A DNA stretch of 64,000 nucleotides from Candidatus Falkowbacteria bacterium (GTDB lineage: Bacteria > Patescibacteriota > Patescibacteriia > Patescibacteriales > UBA12465): NCBI GenBank assembly GCA_037137655.1, contig JBAXJX010000001.1:289188-353187 (forward strand), written 5' to 3'. Each line of letters begins with the position of its first letter. Position 1 is the stretch's first letter. Under the pieces are notes generated by a model that was not told the origin of the DNA, did no database searches, and worked only from the letters and a program-made list of their open reading frames with translations. Shown in pieces: positions 35,179 through 44,549 of this stretch. Made by a program: the position numbers and the translations under genes.

Positions 35179-35228
35179 CAATGTTGGAATTATATCATAT
35201 ATTTTTGATTTTGTCCATGATTGGTTAT

Positions 35229-35258
35229 TTGCCAAAAGGACCTTGAAAATGCTATAAT
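35229..35258 (+). promoter_or_regulatory. Promoter TTGCCA-N18-TGcTATAAT (DUF1003 gene)
   Basis: ttgcca 35229-35234; tataat 35253-35258, preceded by tgc. Confidence 0.6.
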
Positions 35259-35288
35259 TAATCAGTAATTTACTAAAAAATTTAAAAT

Positions 35289-35705
35289 ATGGAAAATAAA
35301 GAGGTGGTGCAAAAGACTTGGCACGAAAAACATGTTGCGGCCTCAACCGTTGGTCAAAAAATAGCCGATAATACGGCGAATTTTATGGGTTCATGGAAGT
35401 TTATTATTGGGCAAACTGCCTTTGTGATTTTATGGATGACGTTTAATTGTATTGCCTTCATTAATCACTGGGACGTTTATCCATTTATTTTGCTTAATTT
35501 GATTTTCTCAACCCAAGCAGCTTATGCGGCACCAATTATTATGATGGCGCAAAATCGGCAAAATGAGCGTGATCGTTTTCAAGCTAGCGAGGATTATCAC
35601 ACTAATGTTGTGGCCAAGAAAGATATTGAAAATTTACAAAGAGCTTTGGCTCGAATTGAAGAGGATAAGTTAGATAAGATTATTGAAATGTTGAAAACGA
35701 AATAA
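35289..35705 (+). CDS. DUF1003 family membrane protein
   Basis: 138 aa. FMGSWKFIIGQT...YPFILLNLIFSTQAAYAAPIIMMAQNRQNERDR is the DUF1003 signature. Confidence 0.8.
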   Translation: MENKEVVQKTWHEKHVAASTVGQKIADNTANFMGSWKFIIGQTAFVILWMTFNCIAFINHWDVYPFILLNLIFSTQAAYAAPIIMMAQNRQNERDRFQASEDYHTNVVAKKDIENLQRALARIEEDKLDKIIEMLKTK

Positions 35706-35729
35706 GTTTATAAATTAATTTTTTATTAT

Positions 35730-36872
35730 ATGTCTGATATATACGAAGAGTCTGTGGCTTGGCATCGTGCCCAGCACGGAAAAATGGAGCTTAAAAGTAA
35801 AGCGCCCTTGCTAACTAAAAAAGATTTATCATTAGCTTATACGCCAGGTGTGGCTGAAGTGTGTCGCGTAATTGCCAAGGATGAGGCGGAGGCTAAAAAT
35901 CTAACATTAAAACATAACACTGTGGCAGTAATTAGTGACGGTAGCGCTGTTTTGGGTTTAGGTAATTTGGGTGCAGCGGCAGCTATACCGGTTATGGAAG
36001 GGAAATGCGTATTATTTAAGGAGTTTGCGGGAGTTGACGCTTTTCCAATTTGTCTTGATACGCAAGATGAAGAAGAAATCATTAAAACTATAAAATATTT
36101 AGCCCCGGTTTTCGGTGGCATTAACTTGGAAGATATTTCTGCACCACGTTGTTTTAATATTGAAGCGCGCCTAAAAAAAGAATTGGATATTCCAGTGATG
36201 CACGATGATCAGCACGGGACCGCTACTGTGGTGTTGGCTGGACTTATTAATGCTTTGCGTTTGCGCGAGTCAGATAAAAAAGATGTTCGCGTTGTGGTTA
36301 ATGGGGCTGGAGCAGCCGGAGTGGCTATAACAAAATTGTTATTAGAATTCGGCTTTGTAAATATAATTGTTTGTGATAGTAAGGGTGTAATATTTTCTGG
36401 TAGGGATGATTTAAATAGTTCTAAGACAGAGCTGGCCAAATTAACTAATAAAAATAAAACAACTGGTGATTTAATTGCAGCCCTTTCTGGTGCTGATGTT
36501 TTTATTGGTGTTAGTACCGCTGAAGTTCTTAAACCAGAGATGATAAAGCTAATGGCTAAAGATCCAATTATTTTTGCGCTAGCCAATCCAACGCCGGAAG
36601 TTATGCCGGATGTGGCAATGGCAGCCGGCGCTTTAGTGGTGGCTACTGGTCGGAGTGATTATCCAAATCAAATTAATAATGTTTTGGTTTTTCCAGGAGT
36701 ATTTCGGGGCGCTTTGGACAATAATGTTAAAGAAATCACTGATGCAATGTTGATTAGAGCTGCGGAAAATTTAGCTAGTTTAATTGAAGAGCCAAGCGCT
36801 GATAATATTTTACCGGATGTCTTTGATAAACGCGTAGCTAAAGTAGTGGCTAGTGCGATTTGTGAAATATAA
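35730..36872 (+). CDS. NAD(P)-dependent malic enzyme (short MaeB-type, no PTA domain)
   Basis: 380 aa. LAYTPGVAEVC, VISDGSAVLGLGNLG, PVMEGKCVLFKEFAGVDAFPI, FGGINLEDISAPRCF, NGAGAAG. Confidence 0.92.
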   Translation: MSDIYEESVAWHRAQHGKMELKSKAPLLTKKDLSLAYTPGVAEVCRVIAKDEAEAKNLTLKHNTVAVISDGSAVLGLGNLGAAAAIPVMEGKCVLFKEFAGVDAFPICLDTQDEEEIIKTIKYLAPVFGGINLEDISAPRCFNIEARLKKELDIPVMHDDQHGTATVVLAGLINALRLRESDKKDVRVVVNGAGAAGVAITKLLLEFGFVNIIVCDSKGVIFSGRDDLNSSKTELAKLTNKNKTTGDLIAALSGADVFIGVSTAEVLKPEMIKLMAKDPIIFALANPTPEVMPDVAMAAGALVVATGRSDYPNQINNVLVFPGVFRGALDNNVKEITDAMLIRAAENLASLIEEPSADNILPDVFDKRVAKVVASAICEI

Positions 36873-36896
36873 TTAATATAATTAATTTAAAAAAAT

Positions 36897-37331
36897 ATGA
36901 AAAATAATCTAAAAAAAATAATTCTTTCCTTATTTGTGATTGGGGCATTTATTTTTTATGCTATCTATCGCCAAGGAAATTTTACCCCTCAGACTAATGA
37001 TAAAAATACTGCTAACAATAATACTCCTAGCAGTAATACGGGGAATAAAACTAATGTGATTTATAAAGATGGTGAATATACTGGGGCTTCGTTTGACGCC
37101 CTGTACGGCGTGCTTCAAGTTAAGGCTGTTGTTCAAGGTGGCAAATTGACCGATGTGATTTTTTTAAGCGGCACACAAGAAGGTGGGCGACCACTGAGAG
37201 GACTTGATACGTTAAAGAGTGAAGCTATTACTGCTCAAAGCGCTAATGTGGATACAGTTTCTGGCGCGACCAATTCTAGCGGAGCTTTTGTTAGTTCTTT
37301 AGCTTCTGCCCTAGCTCAAGCTACAAAATAA
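36897..37331 (+). CDS. Membrane-anchored FMN-binding (FMN_bind) domain protein
   Basis: 144 aa. N-terminal TM (Lys-rich N-terminus inside), Asn/Thr linker, FMN_bind domain with flavinylation-type motif VDTVSGATNSS. Confidence 0.8.
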   Translation: MKNNLKKIILSLFVIGAFIFYAIYRQGNFTPQTNDKNTANNNTPSSNTGNKTNVIYKDGEYTGASFDALYGVLQVKAVVQGGKLTDVIFLSGTQEGGRPLRGLDTLKSEAITAQSANVDTVSGATNSSGAFVSSLASALAQATK

Positions 37332-37338
37332 ATTAATT

Positions 37339-38085
37339 ATGAAACTTAGTAAAATAGTGATGGGCACGGTAGTAACGATTGATATTGTTGATCCCCAGGT
37401 TTTAGCAAGTGATATTGAGAAAGTTTTTAATTACTTGGAGCAGGTTGAGGAAAAATTTAGCGTGTTTAAAGTAAGTAGTGAGATTTCTAGAATAAATCGC
37501 GGTGAATTGAACCACGAAAATTATAGCGCGGAGATGAAAGAAATTTTTTCTTTGGCCGCTAAGACCAAAGTTGAAACTAATGGCTACTTTGATATTGTTA
37601 CTGATAAAGGTCAATTTAATCCTTCGGGCATTGTTAAAGGTTGGGCAATTTCAAAAGCCGCTGATTTACTAAAAGTTGCTGGCTTTAAAAACTTTTACGT
37701 CGAAATTGGTGGTGATATTGAAGTCGCAGGGAAGAATTCATCAAATAATTTGTGGCGCGTGGGTATTAGAAATCCGTTTGACCTGGAAAAGAATGTTAAA
37801 ATTTTAGAACTGGACAATTGCGGTATTGCGACCTCAGGTATTTATTTACGTGGTCAACATATTTATAATCCACACAATCCAAATGAAAAATTTTCCGATA
37901 TTGTGAGCTTAACCGTTGTAGCTAAAAATGCTTATGAGGCCGATAGATTTGCCACTGCCGCGTTTGCGATGGGACGAGAGGGAATTGTTTGGTTGGAAAA
38001 TTTCCCCGAACTAGAGGCTTACATGATTGATAAAAATGGCCAGGCGACTTTTACAAGTGGTTTTGAAAAATATATAACAAAATAA
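37339..38085 (+). CDS. apbE: FAD:protein FMN transferase (ApbE family), no signal peptide
   Basis: 248 aa. MGTVVTIDI, VKGWAISKAADLL, VEIGGDIEVAG, WRVGIRNP, IATSGIYLRG, HIYNP, EADRFATAAFAMG. The conserved MGT block starts at residue 8. Confidence 0.88.
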   Translation: MKLSKIVMGTVVTIDIVDPQVLASDIEKVFNYLEQVEEKFSVFKVSSEISRINRGELNHENYSAEMKEIFSLAAKTKVETNGYFDIVTDKGQFNPSGIVKGWAISKAADLLKVAGFKNFYVEIGGDIEVAGKNSSNNLWRVGIRNPFDLEKNVKILELDNCGIATSGIYLRGQHIYNPHNPNEKFSDIVSLTVVAKNAYEADRFATAAFAMGREGIVWLENFPELEAYMIDKNGQATFTSGFEKYITK

Positions 38086-38089
38086 TTTT

Positions 38090-39607
38090 ATGAAAAAAAT
38101 TGATTATTATCTTAATCGAGTAACGATGTATCGTTTACTTATTTATTCTCTAAGCTTCTTTTTATTGGTAGCTATTGGTTTAAGTTTTTTTAAACTTTTT
38201 CCATATAAACCATTAGATATTATAATGTCGGCCGGTTTTATCATGGCGCTTTGTTTTATTGTTAATGGTGTTTTTGCTTACGCGTTTGAAGCTCCGAGCA
38301 ATGATGAGTCAGTGGTTATTACGGCTTTAATTTTGGCCTTGATAATTACACCACAATATTCCAGTGATTATGTAGTTTTAGCTGTTTGGGCTTCGGTTTT
38401 AGCGATGGCTTCTAAATATATTTTAGCTATTGGTAAAAAACATATTTTTAATCCCGCAGCAATTGCGGTGGTCTTAACGGCTATATTTCTAAATCAATCA
38501 GCCAGTTGGTGGATTGCTAATTTGTATACCGCTCCAATTATTTTTATCGGTGGATTTTTAATTGTGCGCAAGATAAAAAGAGCTGACTTGCTTTATGCTT
38601 TTTTTGGCACGGCATTGTTAACAGCTTTAATCTTTGGAATAGGTAAGGGTACTAATCCGATATTGGTTTTAAGTATGACGATAATTTATTCATCGTTAAT
38701 GTTTTTTGCCTTTACCATGCTAACTGAACCGATGACTACACCACCAACTAGAAATGGTCGAATCGCTTATGGTGCTTTGGCGGGATTTCTATTTGTGCCA
38801 GCGGTACATTTTGGTTCACTTTATTTCACACCAGAATTAGCTTTGATAACTGCTAATATCTTTTCTTATCTTATTAGTCCAAAGCATAAACTAATTTTAG
38901 AATTTAAAGAGAAAGTTTTGGTGGCTAATAATTCTTATGATTTTATCTTTACTCCTAGCAAAAAAATAAATTTTAAGCCAGGGCAATACATGGAGTGTAC
39001 TTTGAAACACGAAGACTCTGATAGTCGGGGTGTGCGCCGTTTTTTTACGGTTGCCTCATCACCCACCGAGGACACAGTTCATTTTGGTATAAAATTTTAT
39101 GATAAGCCTAGTAGTTTTAAACAAACTTTATTAAGTTTAAAGTCTGGTGATACGATGGTGGCTGCTCAATTAGCAGGTGATTTTTATATGCCAGCAGATA
39201 AAAATAAAAAGTTGGTCTTTATCGCTGGTGGTATCGGAGTAACACCATTTCGCAGTATGATTAAGAGTTTATTGGATACTGGCGAGGCGCGCGATATTGT
39301 TTTCTTTTATGCTAATACTGAAGAGGCAGATATTGCCTATAAAGACATTTTTGATGCCGCTAATAGTAATTTAGGTATAAAAACAATCTATTCTTTATCT
39401 AAAACTGAGGCGATTCGGGCTGATTGGCCTGGAATTAAAGGTTTGATAACTAAAGAGCTGATTTTAGCCGAAGTGCCGGATTATAAGGAGCGAATGTTCT
39501 ATATTTCTGGTCCACATGCCATGGTGGCTGCTTATAGCGGTATTTTACAGGAATTAGGGGTGACTCGTGACCAGATTAAGGTTGACTATTTTCCCGGTTT
39601 CGCGTAA
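38090..39607 (+). CDS. Fusion protein: NqrB/RnfD-like polytopic membrane domain + ferredoxin-NAD(P)+ reductase-like FAD/NAD(P)H domain
   Basis: 505 aa. Membrane half has KHIFNPAA and MLTEPMTTPPT (RnfD/NqrB-type motifs). C-terminal half has RRFFTVASSP (RxYS-type FAD site) and GGIGVTPFRSM (NAD(P)H site). Confidence 0.8.
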   Translation: MKKIDYYLNRVTMYRLLIYSLSFFLLVAIGLSFFKLFPYKPLDIIMSAGFIMALCFIVNGVFAYAFEAPSNDESVVITALILALIITPQYSSDYVVLAVWASVLAMASKYILAIGKKHIFNPAAIAVVLTAIFLNQSASWWIANLYTAPIIFIGGFLIVRKIKRADLLYAFFGTALLTALIFGIGKGTNPILVLSMTIIYSSLMFFAFTMLTEPMTTPPTRNGRIAYGALAGFLFVPAVHFGSLYFTPELALITANIFSYLISPKHKLILEFKEKVLVANNSYDFIFTPSKKINFKPGQYMECTLKHEDSDSRGVRRFFTVASSPTEDTVHFGIKFYDKPSSFKQTLLSLKSGDTMVAAQLAGDFYMPADKNKKLVFIAGGIGVTPFRSMIKSLLDTGEARDIVFFYANTEEADIAYKDIFDAANSNLGIKTIYSLSKTEAIRADWPGIKGLITKELILAEVPDYKERMFYISGPHAMVAAYSGILQELGVTRDQIKVDYFPGFA

Positions 39608-39642
39608 TCTGACTAGGTGTTAAGAGTTTTTTAATTAATGTC

Positions 39643-40215
39643 ATGAAAAAAGAAATTACAATTTCCGGGCGCAAAATCGAATACCGTCTCGAGCGCCGGC
39701 GCGGCATTAAAAATTTATGTCTAACGATTGGTTCTGATGGTTGTTTAGTGGCTAGTCGCCCGTGGTATGTAGGCCAAAAAACGATCGAGCTATTTATCAT
39801 GGATAAGTCATCTTGGATTATAGAAAAGATGGATGAATTTAAGGAAAAGTATCGGAAAGCCAAGTCATTTGTTGATAGTCGGGAGGCTTATTTGCTATAT
39901 AAGAAACAAGCCGAAAGAATTATTGCTAAAAAAGTTAAAGAATTTAATGAATTTTATCAATTTGATTTCGCTAAAATTGTTATTAGAAATCAAAAGACGC
40001 GCTGGGGAAGTTGCTCGGCCCGTGGTATATTAAATTTTAATTATAAATTAATTTTTTTACCGCACCATATAATTGACTATGTCGTAGTACACGAATTGTG
40101 TCATTTAAAAGAAATGAATCATTCAATTCGGTTTTGGAATCTAGTAACCAAAAAGGTTCCGGATTATAAAGCGATTAGAGTTTTACTACATAAAAAAGGA
40201 TTAGATTTAAGATAA
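39643..40215 (+). CDS. M48-family metallopeptidase (YgjP/DUF45-like)
   Basis: 190 aa. RWGSCS, VVHELCHLKEMNHSIRFW (HExxH plus distal H). Confidence 0.8.
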   Translation: MKKEITISGRKIEYRLERRRGIKNLCLTIGSDGCLVASRPWYVGQKTIELFIMDKSSWIIEKMDEFKEKYRKAKSFVDSREAYLLYKKQAERIIAKKVKEFNEFYQFDFAKIVIRNQKTRWGSCSARGILNFNYKLIFLPHHIIDYVVVHELCHLKEMNHSIRFWNLVTKKVPDYKAIRVLLHKKGLDLR

Positions 40216-40240
40216 AATAATATAAGAGTTTTTAAAATAA

Positions 40241-40501
40241 ATGAATAAAAATAATTACGTCGCTAAATTAAAACGAACTATCACTTCAATTTTACCGGTA
40301 AGTAAGAAGCGTCGAGGTTCCTGCAATAATTGTGGTAAGTGTTGTTCTTTGCCTAATCCATGTTGGTTTTTACGAACCAGTGCGGACGGTAAAACTCATT
40401 GTGCGATTTATAAAATTAGACCACTTAATTGTCGTAAATATCCCCGCACCGAAAGTGAATTATTAACTGCGGATAGCTGTGGTTATCATTTTGAAAAATA
40501 A
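40241..40501 (+). CDS. YkgJ-family cysteine-cluster protein
   Basis: 86 aa. CNNCGKCC...CAIYKIRPLNCRKYP pattern. Confidence 0.75.
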   Translation: MNKNNYVAKLKRTITSILPVSKKRRGSCNNCGKCCSLPNPCWFLRTSADGKTHCAIYKIRPLNCRKYPRTESELLTADSCGYHFEK

Positions 40502-40521
40502 AAAATTAATTTAAAAATAAT

Positions 40522-41979
40522 ATGGCCGAAGAAGTAGTATTGAGATTTGATGATGTGAGTTTTGAATATGTGCACAAAAAACCGATTTTAGATGAGGCGT
40601 CTTTTAGTGTGCGTAAGGGTGCTAAGGTAACTTTAATGGGACAAAATGGTGCTGGTAAAAGTACAATTTTTGGCTTAATTAAGGGTGATTTAAAACCAAA
40701 AAGTGGTCGCCTATCAATAACTGGCGGTGCAAGTATTGGCACAGCTAGCCAAACCGTGGCCAGGGCAGATTTTCCACTAACAGTCTTAGAATATTTTTCT
40801 AAAGCCTTTGAAATTGTTCCGGGAAATATAAAAAGTCGTATCGCCAAGGTGTTGGATGCGGTTAATTTTGACATTCCACTAGATCGCATTGTCGGTGATC
40901 TTTCTGGCGGGCAACAAGCGCGTTTACTTTTGGCTTATTCCTTAATTCAAGATCCTGATATTTTATTATTAGACGAACCAACAAATAATTTGGATAAAGA
41001 CGGAATTGATCATTTGATTACTTTTTTGATTATGTATGAAAAAACTGTAATCGTAATTTCCCATGATGCTGATTTCTTAAATTGTTTTACAGAAGGCGTG
41101 GTTTATTTAGATGTTTTTACTCATAAAACTGAACTTTATGTCGGCGATTATTATTCCGTAGTTGAAGAAATTGCCTCTCGCGTGGAAAGAGAAATCATGA
41201 AAAACGCTCAACTGGAAAAGAAGATTATTGACCGTAAAGAAAAAGTTAACTTCTTCGCCAATAAAGGTGGTAAGATGCGTAAATTAGCCCAAAAACTAAA
41301 AGAGGAAACAGAAGAATTGGAAGAAAATAAAGTTGATGTTCGTCGGGAAGACAAAACTATTCGAAATTTTGAAATTCCAGTTCAAGATGAACTCGTTGGC
41401 GAAATTGTCATTTTAAAAAAAGTACGAGTGATAAAAAATCATGAACCGATACTTAAAGATATTGATAAAGTTTTACGTAAAAAAGACCGCTTGTTAATTA
41501 CTGGACCAAATGGTGTTGGTAAGAGTACTTTACTGCGATCATTGGTGTCAGAGGCGCAAGATGGCGCTACGATTCAACCAAAGATTAGAGTTGGTTATTA
41601 CAGTCAAGATTTTTCGGCGCTTGATTTTGATGAAAAAGTTTTTGATTCTTTAATGGGTATCCGCTCTGAAGGTATCGATGAACAAATGATGCGTGCAATT
41701 GCGGCTGGTTTCTTAATTACTGGTGATCTAATGGAAAACAAGATTGGTTCATTATCAGAGGGACAAAAAGGTTTGTTGTCTTTCGCGCGTTTGGTTCTAA
41801 TGAAACCAGGTTTATTGATTTTAGATGAGCCAACTAATCATATTAACTTCCGTCATATTCCGGTTATTGCTGAAGCTATTAATAAGTTTGACGGACCAAT
41901 CATTATGGTTAGTCATATGCCGGAGTTTGTGAAAGAAATAAAGTTTAACGATGAACTCGATCTAGGTAAATTATTATAA
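40522..41979 (+). CDS. ABC-F family ATPase (tandem ABC domains, no TM)
   Basis: 485 aa. GQNGAGKST/LSGGQQ/LLLDEPTN, then GPNGVGKST/LSEGQK/LILDEPTN, separated by a charged ~60-aa linker. Confidence 0.9.
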   Translation: MAEEVVLRFDDVSFEYVHKKPILDEASFSVRKGAKVTLMGQNGAGKSTIFGLIKGDLKPKSGRLSITGGASIGTASQTVARADFPLTVLEYFSKAFEIVPGNIKSRIAKVLDAVNFDIPLDRIVGDLSGGQQARLLLAYSLIQDPDILLLDEPTNNLDKDGIDHLITFLIMYEKTVIVISHDADFLNCFTEGVVYLDVFTHKTELYVGDYYSVVEEIASRVEREIMKNAQLEKKIIDRKEKVNFFANKGGKMRKLAQKLKEETEELEENKVDVRREDKTIRNFEIPVQDELVGEIVILKKVRVIKNHEPILKDIDKVLRKKDRLLITGPNGVGKSTLLRSLVSEAQDGATIQPKIRVGYYSQDFSALDFDEKVFDSLMGIRSEGIDEQMMRAIAAGFLITGDLMENKIGSLSEGQKGLLSFARLVLMKPGLLILDEPTNHINFRHIPVIAEAINKFDGPIIMVSHMPEFVKEIKFNDELDLGKLL

Positions 41980-41996
41980 TTTAGAATCTACTCTTT

Positions 41997-43232
41997 ATGA
42001 GCATATATGATGTCGTGGTTGTGGGCGGTGGCGCCTCAGGATTAATCGCGGCGGGGCGAGCGTCAGAATTGGGCGCGCGCGTTTTGTTGCTGGAAAAAAA
42101 TAAACAGCTGGGCGTTAAACTTTTAATGACTGGTGGCGGTCGCTGTAATTTTACCAATCAATCATCACCTCGCGTGCTAGCCGAGGCCTTTGGCCAAAAT
42201 GGTAAATTTTTGTTATCCGGTTTAAACCGTTTTGGCTCCGAAGAATTAATTGATTTTTTTAGTGTCCGCGGTTTAAAATACAAAATTGAAGATCGTGGTC
42301 GAGTTTTCCCGGAAGGCAATAAGGCCCAAGAAATTTTAAAATTATTAGTTGATTACATTAAGGATGGTCATGGTGAAATAAAAACTGATTCTAAAGTTAC
42401 AAAAATTATTAAAACTGGTAATAAAATTTCCAAATTAATTTTGGCTGATGGTTCTGAAATTATAGCTAAGAAATTTATTATTGCGACTGGCGGAAAATCA
42501 TATCCACTCTCCGGCTCTAGTGGTGAAGCTTATTCTTGGTTAGCTGAACTTGGCCATAAAATTATAAAACCACGCGCCGCCCTTAGCCCAATTATTATTA
42601 GTGAGAACATTAAAGATTTGGAGGGTTTAAGTTTGTCTGGTGCCGAATTAACATTGGTGCACAATGGTCAAAAAATTGGCCACAGCTTTGGGGATTTTAT
42701 TTTTACTAGTCGATCTTTAAGCGGTCCAGCAGTTTTAAGTTTGAGTCGTGATTCTGTTCGGGCCAGTGTAAATAAGGCTGAGGTGGTAATAGATTTTTGC
42801 CCGGATCTAAGTGCGGAAGACTTGGAAGATAAAATTATAGCTCTGGTGGCGGAAAATAAACAAGTTGATATTAAAAATATTTTGGCTCGAATTTTTCCGA
42901 AACGTTTAAGTAATTTCATTCTACTTAATAACAGAATTAATCCAGACAAAAAAGCCAATGGTTTAACTAAAATTGAGCGTCAGCTTTTAGTAATGGCTTT
43001 TAAAAAATATTCATTGACCACTTTTGGGGTGGGTGATTTTACTGAAGCGATGATTACTTTAGGTGGCGTTGATTTAAAAGAAGTTGATCCGAAAACGATG
43101 GCCTCTAAACTTTATTCTAATTTATATTTAGCCGGGGAAGTTTTGGATTTAGATGGACCAACTGGCGGTTATAATTTGCAAGCAGCTTGGACGACCGGCT
43201 ATTTGGCTGGGGAAGCAGCGGCAAGTGATTAA
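41997..43232 (+). CDS. HI0933/YhiN-like NAD(P)/FAD-dependent flavoprotein
   Basis: 411 aa. DVVVVGGGASGLIAAGRASELG, TGGGRCNFTN, ATGGKSYP; C-terminal GEVLDLDGPTGGYNLQ. Confidence 0.88.
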   Translation: MSIYDVVVVGGGASGLIAAGRASELGARVLLLEKNKQLGVKLLMTGGGRCNFTNQSSPRVLAEAFGQNGKFLLSGLNRFGSEELIDFFSVRGLKYKIEDRGRVFPEGNKAQEILKLLVDYIKDGHGEIKTDSKVTKIIKTGNKISKLILADGSEIIAKKFIIATGGKSYPLSGSSGEAYSWLAELGHKIIKPRAALSPIIISENIKDLEGLSLSGAELTLVHNGQKIGHSFGDFIFTSRSLSGPAVLSLSRDSVRASVNKAEVVIDFCPDLSAEDLEDKIIALVAENKQVDIKNILARIFPKRLSNFILLNNRINPDKKANGLTKIERQLLVMAFKKYSLTTFGVGDFTEAMITLGGVDLKEVDPKTMASKLYSNLYLAGEVLDLDGPTGGYNLQAAWTTGYLAGEAAASD

Positions 43233-43255
43233 AATAGGGCATGGAAGCTTAATTA

Positions 43256-43284
43256 TTGATAATATCGGCTTATTCGTGTATAAT
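43256..43284 (+). promoter_or_regulatory. Sigma70 promoter TTGATA-N17-TATAAT (tyrS)
   Basis: ttgata 43256-43261; tataat 43279-43284. No T-box between the promoter and the ATG. Confidence 0.7.
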
Positions 43285-43313
43285 TTTGGTGTTATCAATT
43301 AATTTTTAAATTT

Positions 43314-44495
43314 ATGAATATTAATACTAATCCGGAGAAAATTGAAGAATTATTATCTCGTGGTGTTGAGGAAGTTATTTCTAAAGATGATTTACGTAAG
43401 AAATTGCTAACCGGTAAACAATTGCGCGTGAAGTTAGGTATTGATCCAACTAGCCCGAATATTCATTTGGGTCGCAGTGTGCCGCTTTTAAAATTGCGTG
43501 ATTTCCAAGATCTTGGTCATCAAATTGTTTTTATTATTGGTGACTTTACCGGTACAATTGGTGATACTTCCGATAAGAACGCGGAACGACCAATGTTAGA
43601 TGATGCTACGATTAAAAGTAATATTAAAAATTATGTCGCGCAAGCCGCTAAAGTAATTGATATTGATAAATGTGAAGTTCATTATAACAATGACTGGCTT
43701 GGCGCTTTAACTTATAAAGAAATTTGTAAACAAGCTAATGCTTTTTCGATTAACGAATTTATTTCTCGTGATAATATTGCGCGCCGCTTAGAGTCTGGTT
43801 CTCGGGTGTCGTTACGTGAAGTTTTATATCCTTTAATGCAGGGCTACGACTCCGTACAGTTAAAGGCGGATGTTGAAATCGGTGGGACAGATCAACGCTT
43901 TAATTTGTTGGCTGGGCGTGAGTTGCAACGCTTGTATGGTCAAGAGCCGCAAAATGTCATTACTAATCCAATTATCGAAGGTTTGGATGGTCGTAAAATG
44001 AGTTCTAGCTGGGGTAATACTGTAAATTTATTCGACACCCCACGTGAGATGTTTGGTAAAATAATGTCACTCCAAGATGAATTTATTGTTAAATATTTTA
44101 TTTTAGTAACACGAATTGATTTGGGTTTAGTAGCTGAATATAAAAAAGAATTAGATGGCGGCGCTAATCCGCGTGATTTAAAAGTTAAATTAGCCAAAGA
44201 AATTGTTAAAATGTATCACTCCGAAGCCGAGGCTGAGGCTGAAGAACTTAATTTTATTAAAACATTTTCTAAAAAAGAAATTCCCGATGAGATGCCGGAA
44301 ATTACTCCGGGTGCTTATGATTTAATCTCAGTTTTAATGGAGGCAAAATTGGCCACTTCTAAATCGGATGCTCGCCGTGTCATTGAACAGGGTGGGGTGA
44401 AGATCAATCAGGAAGTTATTAAAGATATTAATTTTATTATTCCTGGTGGCGCCGTGCTGCAAAAGGGAAAGATTAATTTCTTAAAAGTTCTATAA
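43314..44495 (+). CDS. tyrS: Tyrosyl-tRNA synthetase
   Basis: 393 aa. Class I HIGH-type PNIHLGR, KMSSS loop, C-terminal S4 domain (SKSDARRVIEQGGVKIN). Confidence 0.92.
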   Translation: MNINTNPEKIEELLSRGVEEVISKDDLRKKLLTGKQLRVKLGIDPTSPNIHLGRSVPLLKLRDFQDLGHQIVFIIGDFTGTIGDTSDKNAERPMLDDATIKSNIKNYVAQAAKVIDIDKCEVHYNNDWLGALTYKEICKQANAFSINEFISRDNIARRLESGSRVSLREVLYPLMQGYDSVQLKADVEIGGTDQRFNLLAGRELQRLYGQEPQNVITNPIIEGLDGRKMSSSWGNTVNLFDTPREMFGKIMSLQDEFIVKYFILVTRIDLGLVAEYKKELDGGANPRDLKVKLAKEIVKMYHSEAEAEAEELNFIKTFSKKEIPDEMPEITPGAYDLISVLMEAKLATSKSDARRVIEQGGVKINQEVIKDINFIIPGGAVLQKGKINFLKVL

Positions 44496-44510
44496 ATATT
44501 AGTGTAAATA

Positions 44511-44549
44511 AAAACGCCTCGCAATTTTTTTGCGGGGCGTGTTTGTTTT
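44511..44549. terminator. Bidirectional terminator between tyrS and the convergent minus-strand gene
   Basis: acgcctcgca attttttt gcggggcgt (one G.U) with an A-run upstream and a T-rich tail. Confidence 0.75.
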
